64,000 nucleotides of DNA from Takakia lepidozioides. Taxonomy: Eukaryota; Plantae; Bryophyta. Where the stretch lies: NCBI GenBank assembly GCA_030704615.1, contig CM060734.1, forward strand, positions 11,098,001 through 11,162,000. Direction: 5' to 3'. Below, piece by piece: positions 38,101 through 49,946 of the stretch. The position numbers were made by a program, and so were the translations under genes. The notes below the pieces were generated by a model. It saw nothing but the letters and a program-made list of their open reading frames with translations, did not search any database and was not told the origin of the DNA. The first letter of the stretch is position 1; every line of letters begins with the position of its first letter.

Positions 38101-39530
38101 CGACAATTTTAAGGGCTCAAATTACAAATTGAGGGGCGGCCCGGGTGGTCCATTTTAGGACTGGCAGTACCAATTTTAAGGGCTTGAATTGCATTTTTGA
38201 ATTGTAATTCAAGGTTACAATGGGCCATTGGGGGGCTAGAATTACACAAGCAATGACATCCAAAGCAATATAAAATCATTTGATAGCGGAATGATTGGTT
38301 CACCCTTTCAACCATTTTTTTATTCACGTCATACTTGCCCGGTACTTGTAGGAGGGCATGTGGCTGACACTTGCAAAGCTTCAAAGCAATGTAAAATCAT
38401 TTGATAGGGGAACAATTGGTTACCCTTTCAACCATATTTTACTCACCTCATACTTGTCCGGTACCTTAAAAATGGCATGTGAAACACACTTGCAAAGCTT
38501 TAAAGCACTCCAAAAATCATTTGATATGTTCATGATTGATTCCACCCTTTAACCATTTTAGATTGATTGAAACTCGTGAAAGACTTGTAAGAGGGCATGT
38601 ACAAGACACTTGCAAAGTTTCAAATCAATTTAAAATCATTTGGTAGGGGGACGATTGGTTCACCCTTTAAACCATTTTTGATTGATGTCATACTTCTCAA
38701 AGACGTGTAAGAGGGCATGTAGAAGACACTTGCAAAGTTTCGGAGCAATAAAATATCATTTCATCGAGGAAGTTTCCGTTCACCCTTTCATCCAATTTTG
38801 AATTGAACTGGATTTTTACTAAATAAAATGATTTAGAGGGCATAGGATTGTGGGGCGCAATGAGTGTGGGGCGCAATGATTATTTTGTTTTTGGCTTGAT
38901 TTTGTTCTGTGAGTTGAACCCTCACACCACCACATCCTTGCCAAAAAATGTACCAAAGAAAAATGTTTGGAAAAAAACGTTCATCCTTTGCTCTATGCTC
39001 ACTATTGCAGAACTCTCTATGAAGAGTGCATGAAGTTGAAGAAAATTACTTCACCTTGGAGTGCAAATGAGGGAATAAAATGTGTTTTGGATGCAGACGA
39101 TGTCTGTTCATGGTGATATTTTGCATGCAACTCTTCATGTTGTTATCAAGCATATGGCTTCAGAATGGAATTAAAAACAATTCATGTGCAGGCGAAAGGT
39201 TGTTTCTCCTTATGAATTTGAATAACCAATTCAAACAACTTTGTTGAAGTTCAACTTTGGTCCATATGTGCTTAAGTACGTACAAATCACGTACACAAAG
39301 TTGCAAGCGAAGAAATAATCATTTGCCCCCCGAACGACTCGTTAAACCTTTCAACCAATTTTCAATCATGAATCATTTAATAGGAGAACTATTGGTTCAC
39401 CCTTAGAACCATTTTAGATTGACCTCATACTTGTCCGGTAACTTAAAGAGGGCATGTACAACACACTCCCAAAGTTTCAAATCAATCTAAAATCATTTGG
39501 CAGGGGGACGATTGGTTCACCCATTGACCC
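35200..39530. repeat. Complex repeat region: about 100-120-bp units, a duplicated block (about 35645 vs 36935), and about 21-bp repeats at 37860-38240
   Basis: Recurrent CATACTTGTCC/GAGGGCATGTA/TTGGTTCACCCTTT and CAATTTGAGGGG motifs. Confidence 0.85.
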
Positions 39531-39692
39531 GGTGTACACTGTCACTCTTCAAGATTCGTGGGTGTGGTGCTTGATTATCCCATATGATGGACCCAGGTGC
39601 CATGGCCAAGTAACAAACCATTAAAACATTATGGTACGAGACAAACACAATTGAAAACAACATTTATTCAAACATGATGTACAGTCAGAGGT

Positions 39693-41200
39693 CTACAAGT
39701 TTCTATCCATTCTCCAGCAATTTTTGGGCTCAGGCCAATTGAATAGCCCCGTCATGAAACGCTTCACAACATTTTCTAGTTTGTACCGCAACTCTACTGT
39801 GTCTACACACAAGTTTTCCAGAGCAGAAGCAAAACAGGTTCCAGTAGACATATCGTTGAACAGACTTGCATCGAACGTGTTACCCCCATTTATTGCCTGG
39901 GCTATCTTCCCAATTGCAAAGGTCTCTGATGGCACGGTTAGAGGGGCCTACGAGGTGTGCCATCTGACTGGTTGTTGGTTACATTATGAACAATTGCAAT
40001 TTCAGGTGCAATCCACCATCTATGTGCGAGAGTCTTTATCATCTTGTCTCTGCTCTCGAAAATGTACAATGTGGTTTTTGGGTCATCCGTCGTGGAGGCC
40101 ATCCCCCAATCGCATACCCGATGTACACATCTTCAGACCCTTGTGGAAAATGCAACAAGATGTTGTCGGGGGACATGTCGTTGTGCAAGAGGTGGTGATT
40201 ATGGACGTTGAGCATGATGTGCAAAAGCGCCCATGCCAATTGGGTGCGATTCTGTCGGAATCGAACCAGTCGGTTGACCTCCTGCATTTTCGGCTCCGTC
40301 CTCCGTCGTTCCATTAACTCCTTGTTATCCCGATCATTCCCCTATTTCCTGTCAATACTCAACCATGATCGTATGGTCCCCCCATTCCACCAATGTGTGT
40401 AACCTTCATTTCGACGTGGATGCAACGCAAAATACTTTATGATGCCGAAATGATGGAACTTTACAGCCAACGCCTCATTGTTATGTTGGACTTTGGCAAG
40501 CTCAGCATTTGTTTCCCTGGGCGTTTTCCCTGCTAGCTCCCAAGATGGAGGAATGAATTGATCCCCAACAATTCTAACCCTCCGAATTGTACCATAACCC
40601 TCCCTGTTTGGGCGCATCGAGTTGTTGTACATGTGCGTTTGTGGATATGTATCTCACGTTCAATGCCGCATCCACGGACGAGGACCCTGCCTTCCATGGG
40701 AGTGGTTTTGTACGTCGTTTGGCGTGGGCCTTTGCCATGTCAGACCACCAATCCACAAGCACAAACAACTCCTCCTCCGAAGTTGGCATGCGACCTTCAG
40801 CTACATGTGTTCTCGTAACAAACTTGTCCATGGTTTGCCTCAGATTCCATGTGGCATCATGGACCCGGTCCTCCATCCATTTCGTGAACTGGAACTTCGC
40901 CCTGTCCTCCTCCCATTCATCCCCGGCCAAAGCCTCCCTCATTCTCATCTCCATATTGTGCTGGAATCTAAGGAACCCCTCATTCCCATGTCGGACATAC
41001 AAAAGATTCAAACGCATTATGTCATTGTCCTTCAAATAATCCAGCACTACTTGCTTCACCACCTTCGCGGCCTCTGCGCTTGGATAGTCTTTTTTGTTGA
41101 CCTGACTATCCCGTTCATGTGCATGTTTACGCGTCCTACCTTTACGCCCACTTCCCGAGGAACCCCCTGACACTGCGTTCGAAGCAACGTTTCCGGACAT
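39693..41200 (-). pseudogene. Protein kinase-like TE cargo gene, frameshifted
   Basis: EGYGTI (Gly loop), LAGK, LHNDMSPDNILL (catalytic loop), and CDWG after a frameshift. Confidence 0.8.
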
Positions 41201-41519
41201 GATGAAAGTACTTTGCGGAATAAATGCGGCTTCGTAACGGAAAACTAAACCCAAACTATTGATAACCTTATATACTAGCAGACCAATTTCCTCACCCTCT
41301 ATTGGTATAGTACCCAAAGCAAACTCTCCCGAAGTCCTAGGAAAAAAAGGCAAAAACTCATCCCCCACACAAATCCACTTTCTTCCCCCCCCCCACGCTC
41401 AGTCCTGGCCACCGAAGTTCAAACTCCAAGAAGCCCCAGAACGGCACTCACAGAGAGGGAAAAAAGTGGGTTGGGAATGAGGGGTAGGCCCTTATATACT
41501 GCTTGGAGAGGCCCGACGT

Positions 41520-42040
41520 GCGACCGCCTCTGCTGCCCATTCACACCTCGCCACGTGTCCAGGGAGCGGTCGCACCTAATAACAAAAAAGAAAAAATCTG
41601 CGACCACCACCGGCTGGTGGTCGCACCCATTTCAAAAATAATTAAAAATGTGCAATCATCCCCTGCTGGTGGTCGCACCCATTTAAAAAATAATTAAAAA
41701 TGTGCGACCATCCTCTGCTGGTGGTCGCACCTATTTAAAAAAAATGAAAAAGTTACGACCACCACCTACTGGTGGTCGCACCTATTTATAAATAAATAAA
41801 TAAATGCGACCAACACCTGCTGGTGTTCGCACCTAATTTTAAAAAAAGAAAAAATGTGCGACCACCCTCTGCTTGTGGTCGCACCTATTAAAAAAAATGA
41901 AAATGCTGCGACCACCACCTGCTGGTGGTCGCACCCATTTAAAAAATAAGAAAAAACGTGCGACCACCCCCTTCTGGTGGTCGCACCTATTTGAAAAAAA
42001 TAAAAAATTGTCCGATCAACCTTTGCTGACGGTCGCATGA
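41520..42040. repeat. Second TGCGACCA/TGGTCGCA hairpin array
   Basis: About 10 units of the same motif as 31838-32185. Confidence 0.9.
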
Positions 42041-42276
42041 TTGACAATATAAATCATAATATATGAATTTTACAGATAATTAATGAAGTCCGCATAATGA
42101 GGCCACATCGGTTGCCACGTCGATTCTCATAGTAAATAGTCAATAGTAAAGTAAAAAAATAAACATATTTATGTACAGTAACGTTGGTTTAGGACGTGAC
42201 ATGATGCACGTCCGTCGTTGACATCGGACGTGACGCTGACGCGTCAATGCCACGTCACGTCCAAATTTGCAACTAG

Positions 42277-45200
42277 GCCACTCATACACATCCTACCAGC
42301 TCCACGATTACTTCCGAGGCCTATCCCCACTACATAACCCCCCCATACACCAATAACCTACGTCAACCAACCCTATCCCTGCTCATGTCCCCAACCATGG
42401 TAAACTTATCACCCTCCTCCTCACACCCAACACCTTGCCTACTACCCATCCACGGCACCCCCCACCCAAGCTCTCTCTGACACAGATGGCCCATCTACTC
42501 ATCTACCACCAGCTCCACCATCCCCGTCACAATCTGTCAACTCATACTACTACCCATCACATCCCACCCCGCCAGTCCTAAACCCCGTATCCCTCATTTA
42601 CTCTATATCAGACCCCCTCTCCTCACCCTTGCCCCGCACGGTCGATACCACCTACAGCCCCCTAGATCTAAACACTACTTTCACCACCCACCCTCCCAGA
42701 ATAATCTATACGTTGACATATGCTTAACTCTAATGTTACTATATTGTGGTGATATACATCCTAACCCAGGTCCCCTCACTATTAACGATATTATCTGACC
42801 GCTCCCAACAGACCCGAAACAACGATATGAGCTATACTTTCAGCCAAATACCATGTCCCTGATACACAGTTACCATCACATCCTTGACCACTTTACCCCC
42901 TTCTTCCCCACATCACTTTCCACAGACAAAATACATACACAACACATTAACACATTTAGCCTCCCCCCATGCCGCTACCCAGCACTCTCCAAAGCCATCT
43001 TTAAACTCAAAACTTCCCGAAACATCGCCTCATATTCACCCTCATCATCATCATATCCCCCCTTCCCGAAATCTGTAACGGCTACTTCACCGCTCATTCC
43101 GATTCCCAAATCCGATCCCTCCTACATAAACTACGAGCACTGCCCCCGGATTCACACGATTACTTAGCCTCACCTCACCATCTATCCAAACTCCACGCAT
43201 CACTAAATATCCTACAATCCAAATCAGGTGTTGTCCACGACATCCTTGGGGACCACCTAGCCACAATAACCACACACGACCATGACCAAGACCCACATAC
43301 CATCACATATAAATTTCCTTTCCTCTCCCACGACATTCTAAATGCCACACTTCGTGCTGTCACTCCCATACCCGGCTTTCTACCCCTACCTTCCATATCA
43401 ACCCCACTTCTTTCACCTACAACAGACCCCTCTCCCAACAACTCCCCTACCCCCCCGAACCCCTGCAACAATGCACTTAACATCACCTCTTGGATCGTTG
43501 GCTCCCTGGCAACCAGTATACAAAGCCTGCTGCACCTTCTCACTGACAACACTCCGCCCCATATCCTACTCCTTCAAGAAACGAAGCTCCATACTAGCAA
43601 CACTTCAAGCTCGTACATAAATAAGCTGATCCTCCCTAACTACTACCTCTTGTATGGAGTCCCCCCAACTGCCCAACAATGCCTCCTACGGCACTCTGCA
43701 CCATACAAACCCACACGTGGAGGAGTTGCACTGGGCATCCTTCGCACACATCATTCCCCCAACACTACCACAACAATTACTGTCCCCATCCCCCTCCGAT
43801 CTCACCTTCAAATCATTCAACTGCATCCCTCCGCCCTATGCCCTATCACTCTCATACACATGTACATGCCCTAGCCCCTCACATACAGAGGACTTGCCCC
43901 TCATCCCCGAAATAATGGACACTATTTCCCGCATAGTCACCCACACAGAATACCTACACCATCATGTCATACTCGCAGGCGACTTCAATAGAGACATTGC
44001 CCTACTCGGCCACTCATACAACGGTACCCACAAACCCTTCTCTATAGCCAACCATGAATGGGCTAGATTCACCCAAAAGCTACTATTTAAATACGTCCCT
44101 GCATATCACCATTATCCCAGACAAGGCGGACTGCACTACTCAGCCCTCAGCCTCCTGGATGGTTTTTACCTCAAATCAAGTAATGAGATCCCCTCTTACC
44201 TTATGAGCCACATCCACATTAACAGCCTATGCAACTCAGACCACTACCCGGTCTCCATCTCCCTTCCCCCCTCGCTTATCTATTTTTTACCATTCCGGCT
44301 CTGCACACCCCCCCACCCCAACCTAGGATCCTATCGCCCATCTCCCAATGTAATATCACCGCATTCCAAAAACACTTCCGCCAAGCATCATTCACTTTCA
44401 TCTACAAAATGACATGTATACTCTGAGACGCTAATCAAGCGCAATCATTGGACACTTCCTGGCTTGCTACTGAGCACACACTCACAACCATGATACAAGA
44501 AATGACTAAGAGTGTCCTGCCACCTGCTTGGCACCCCCTGACCTCCCCCAAACTGCACGCTCCCAACTAAATGGGGGGTACCTCAGTCGAACTCAAAAAC
44601 GTGCCCACCTCAACACCTATCATACCATACGTCGAGCCCTCTCGGTCATACCCAACACACATTCCACTCATCCCTGTAATAATTGGCCAACCGACCCGCG
44701 CATCAACTGCCTAACTACCCTACCTATATGTCAACCCCTCATGCCGCCACCCGACAACCCAATCCACTCTCCCATAATGGATTGCTTCCCTCTCCAAGCT
44801 AGGACGGGAAGCCAAGAAAGCTGCCTATATTATTACGAAACAAAAAGCCGCCGCCAACCATAAGAACTTTATCACCTCTTTTGGACAACTCCTACGTGAA
44901 CACCCTAAAAGAGCCCACAATGCCATCTTCAACCCCGCTATCAACCCACCCATTGACTGCCTGAAGCACCGTCACCAACTGCCTACATCTTAGCAAGCAC
45001 ATATCGTCCTGCGTATGTAAAGTCAAATACTACCCATGGCACGATCTTGATGGCTTCTCACTTGACAAGAGAGGCTCTCCACTTACCGTATTCTCAACTT
45101 CTTCACGACCGACCTGTACGACTCATGCCTCGAAGCATTATCCAAAGCAAAGGCCCCAGGCCCGGACCTCATCCCCAATGCCATACTTGACCCACAATTC

Positions 45201-45455
45201 CATACTCTCCTCTTTAGATTTTTCAAAATATGCTACCAACTACGCCGTATCCCGCCCTCCTGGAAGCATAGCCGGACCATCCTCTTATTTAAAAAGGCGT
45301 TCCCACAGACCTCAACAACTACCGACCCATAGCTCTCGCTAACACTATCTACAAACTCTTCACTAGTACATTAACCACAATGCTTTCCAATTACGGTGAA
45401 CAACATCGCATCCTAAGCGACCCACACAAAGGTTTTTGTGCTACACAAAGTACTA
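42277..45455 (+). mobile_element. Degenerate LINE (APE endonuclease plus start of RT), 3'-truncated
   Basis: LLQET, ILAGDFNRD, SDHYPVS, KAPGPD, NNYRPIALANTIYKLF; C-rich strand bias. Confidence 0.88.
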
Positions 45456-46146
45456 CTAGACAAACTCTTCATCAGTAAAAAGTCTCCATTTCATTCCAGC
45501 ATGTGTCCCATATTGTTCTAATTTTGAGTCAGTCACATGAACATTAAGCTCTGAGTGAAAACGACGTCCATCATGAGTATATGAAAATCCATCAATTGGG
45601 TTGAGCACCACCGGTTCTCCAAAAATGTTGGCCCCTTCAACAGCCAGGATCAGACTCAATCAAGTGTTCATGTTGTTTGTGTACTGCCTCTGAGTTTGGA
45701 ACCACGTCTCCTGTTCCCTGGCTGCTAAAATACTCCTCTGAAGTAACAAATTCATAGTAGAAATTATTCTTTGTATCACCTTGAACCACCTTGCGAAAAC
45801 GTCATCGATCATCTGTATACCAATATCCATCTTCAGCCTCGTACAATGGATCAACCAATGGGGAAGTGCGTCCCAAATACTCCCTCCCAGCTTCCGCTTG
45901 TGAATCAGATGTCATCTCTATAACGCCCAATGTAAATGTTGGATGTGTTGCAGACGGCTCTTCGAGTAATCAAACTTGTTGCCTGATCCCATCTGTTGAA
46001 TGTCGACGTACTTCAACAGCCTGTAGTGGACTTTCTTCATCATGTGTCATAGATACTTGTCTGCATGACCGTCCGATGTATTATCGACATGTGTTTCAAC
46101 TCCACATACGTGTACATAGGTGTGTTTGGAGCTCCCAAGGTGCTTT

Positions 46147-48546
46147 CTACATGCACATCATGTGCATATCATCTTTATGTCGTTTAGTACTTGTGGTCGC
46201 TTGTTCCGGTGAAACGGATATTCTATGCTTACGAGACTGCTCCATACGTGGTAATTCCAGTGATGGAGACCCCATTGACTGACCCATCTCATCAAGTCCA
46301 AGTACATTGGAAGTGTCTTCATCAGACCCAATACTGGAGTCGTTGTCTTCGTCATCTTCATCTCTGGAATCCTCGTTCTTTTCAAAACCCTGTTCTTCAC
46401 TCTCATCCCATTCCTCTATCACCTCTTCGATATCGTTGGCTGGAATGTCCAATGCCTCTCCTATTCCCTCATACCATGATTTCACATGTTCACGTAAATT
46501 GACATCATGTTCAAACACCATTACTTTTGCACCGCACCTTAGGCACCACCTCCTGAACAACCCGTGTCAGTCCCATCATTGCAATCCTCCAATCATTTGG
46601 ACAAAACATCTTTATCATGTTTGTAATAGTAATGGGATCACGTCCATCTTTGTCCCACCTTACTCGTTTCCATCGCGTCCATTCACTCCAACTCATCTGC
46701 ATGAAATTATTCTCCAAAACAAAGTAACCGACATTATTTTGCCATGGAGCAGCCACTGGATGGTGACATATGAAGACTATCTCTCCAATTGCTTCGAAGA
46801 GTAGATGCCCATCTGAATGCTTGAACGGACGACATCCTGCATTTGTTTGTTTTGCAAATGTGTACACACCTTGACGACATCTTGCAGCGCCCACATCCAG
46901 ATGACCCTTCAGTGCTTCAAGTGTTGTTGGTGTGTATGGATATTCTTCTGCTACCGGCAATAGAAACAAGATGTTCCAATACTCCGAACCACTCATCCAT
47001 TGTCGTGCCTTGTCACATGCATTAGTACAGTCAAATATTGTCCATGCTCCATTGTCGGAATTTGGGGCAGCAGATCCTGTCCGACAATCAAATATCCACA
47101 ATGTGCGATCGTTGGTACGTATAGGTTGTGTCACCCAAAACAAGTCATTTATTATGAGATCCGCCTTTTGATTTGAACTCAGTGTCACTTCCCCTTGGAA
47201 CCACCAATCATTATCCACCTCTTCAACTTCCAATCCTTGTTTTCTCCGTTTGTGTGCCTTGAATGCATCTCGAATACTTTGTGGGATCAGCTCTTTGTAT
47301 TTTTTGAACCTTTTTGGATGTCCCGTTGGGACGCTGAACACGGAGAAAAATTTATCGCTACATGTCGATGTCAGTTCCAAAAAATTTGTAGGTTCACACC
47401 ATGTGTGCACTTTCACCTTCCAATTTGCCTTGGGATTGTCTTGATATTTCATGTGGTTTTCATGGAACTCCATCCACCGCATAGTGTTCTTCACTGCATA
47501 CACATGATTGAATGTCGAAGCCATAGAATTGATTGTTGGTATTTCGTCCATGGTACTTTTGGATTTCATTGATGGCCGTACAAAAAAAAATACTTGTCCC
47601 GTACCCTCAACAAAACTGGCTTCTTCAGCAATTTTGCGGATATGTTTGTTTTTCAAACCCATGAATGGTCGAGTCCATGTGTAAGAAAATGGAGTGCGTT
47701 GCTTCGAGACAAATGATCGTTTGGAAGATGAAGCACCTTTGTTCATTACCTTTTTTGATGCATCTCATTCTGCTTTCGACTTGTATGTGAGTCCTTTGAC
47801 ATAATCTTGCACCATTTTCTTTACCATCTCCCAAGTGCTATCATCTTCAATACATGTCAATGTTGTTTGATCTCGAAAATTCTTTACGAGGTCCGATAGC
47901 TTCAATTTTTGTGCCCCAATTTTCAGATCACCAATAGGAGGTAAACAAGAATAAAATGTCAGTCGTCGATTCTGCTCATCAACATCATCACTATATACTG
48001 GCCGATCATATAACTCCCAAACCTCGCGTATTTTGAGAATTTTCTCGTGCTGTGTAACCTTGTGTACTTTGGCAAGATTGTCATCGTTGACATGACAGGA
48101 TAGCTCAATGTATTTCCACTCTTCATCATACACGACAAATCTGGCTGGTCGATGTGCAAATATCATGTCGAATTCCTCTTGCGACAAATTGCCGACACTC
48201 AATTCTACCAATGCGACCTCTGTACATGCTGCTCTCACGTGTTGTCCATCCACTGGCTCCCACCTTATAGATTGCAAAAATTGTTGTTTTTTTTCTAGCT
48301 CATCCAATCCTGCTGTTGATGGAGACTCTTTGAATTTCTCCCATGTTTGTTGAAACACTTTTGGGGCTTTCTTTCCTGCAAATAAGATGGTTGCACCCCT
48401 GATCCACCATAAAAAATAGTCGATCGCAACGTCATTGCACATACATCAATAGTAGGGTTGCGGAGCGTAGTGTTATTTCTCGCATTCTCAATGTTCAAAA
48501 CTCGTTGGTTGGTTGTTGGTGTGTGTACATCCCTCACCATCTTCAT
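46147..48546 (-). pseudogene. ParB-like plus degenerate beta-class DNA-methyltransferase-like gene
   Basis: WEPVDGQHVRAA; KADLIINDLFW (motif-IV-like); GRDPITITNMIKMFC; CLRCGAKVMVFEHD; acidic tail; frameshifts. Confidence 0.55.
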
Positions 48547-49946
48547 CTGAACTGAAAACCGAAATTCCCTGCCCCAGAGATATCCTTGCCCCCAACAAAT
48601 TATCTATGTTTCTTCCAAAATCCACCAATGTAGGTGTAGTTTGCTTCCAAACTTTGCCAGTACGTTCGAGACACCCTCTCACAGGTCCCGAACTAATATC
48701 AGATCAATCGAAATTATGGCGCCCACATCGCGACCACACTCCAATACTTTTCGTCGCTGGAAATTCGCAAAAAATAGCAAAATGGATATAATATCAATAT
48801 ATGAAGGCTCAACAGGGGAGATTGCAAAAATAGCAAAGTGAGCAATGACATGGAAATCTCCCAAACTGTAGGTCTTTGGATATATAGGGGATTGCACTTT
48901 GACTTAAATGACAGTGGACACTGAGGTCACACTTGGCCTCTACATGGGAGAAGCACTTGGATACATAGGAGATTGCACTTGGGCTTATATTTCAATTCTT
49001 CACATATGGGCCAACGGCACGGGCTACCCTAGTCTGTCGTGAAAAGTTGGTGGATATCATGTCGACAATTATTGATGACCAGAAGTTCTTCGACACACCT
49101 TGCTTTCATGAACACATTGGATAAGTGTTGAAATGGAAATGACATCTACTTCAGAAAAGAAACACTGCATGGCATACACTTCACGAGTAACTTTTAAGGG
49201 CCATCACGGTAGTTAAATCACACAGCAGAATTTCACTGAGTATGAGATATCACACCTTCTCCAGTACCAATAACAGGCCTAAGAATAAACCCGTGGAATC
49301 AATCCACCTTAACTTAGAGAACCAAAGCTTTAAGTTCAGAGTCCTGAAGGGCGGGGCCCTTACAACAAACATGTCAAAACAAAGATCTGAGAATTTTTCT
49401 CAGTTGCATGATATTCAGTTCTCTCTGTTATTTTTACCAGAGAGAGCTGCAAGTGGTGCAGCCCTGGAAGGACAGTTTGTCACAGTTACCAGCTTTGCAC
49501 AATACACTATCCTCACGGAACTTGTCTCCTTCTCAAATCCAACTGTCATTGGGAGAGTACGAAGGACCACTCTCCCTATGCGTTACACCAGAAAAAAGCC
49601 TATCATCCAAAGCATCCAAGAGCTGATCTACATACAAACTGACTACATTTGTAGGTCCATACAAGTGACAAGATGGACTGGCAAAGAATGGTTTCCCATC
49701 CATCCATTTGATTCAGTGAGGGATAGCTTCTAGTTTTTAGTTTAGCCATCGGATTTCCTGACCACATGTGTTTAACACTTGATATGCTCATCATCAGAAG
49801 TCTCCACGGATATCTCCCTAGCTTCCTATGGTGCGACAGAGGAAATTAGAAGTTCCACCTTTCCAGAGGAGCTGACAGAAGAATATACCCTCCTTCAGGT
49901 AATCCATGGGCGTGAAGCCTCCTCCCTAATGATACATGCTAGGGTG

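Noticed and set aside
31838-42040. Hairpin repeats with spacers as a CRISPR array
   Set aside because: Spacers are low-complexity A/T runs similar to each other, there are no cas genes, and the context is eukaryotic TE.
7603-48546. Bacterial contamination or prophage as the source of the ParB/MTase motifs
   Set aside because: Spliceosomal introns, nesting with plant TEs, and contiguity with plant genes.
49242-49733. 163-aa plus-strand ORF
   Set aside because: No recognisable motif; lies antisense in the 3' region of the neighbouring gene.
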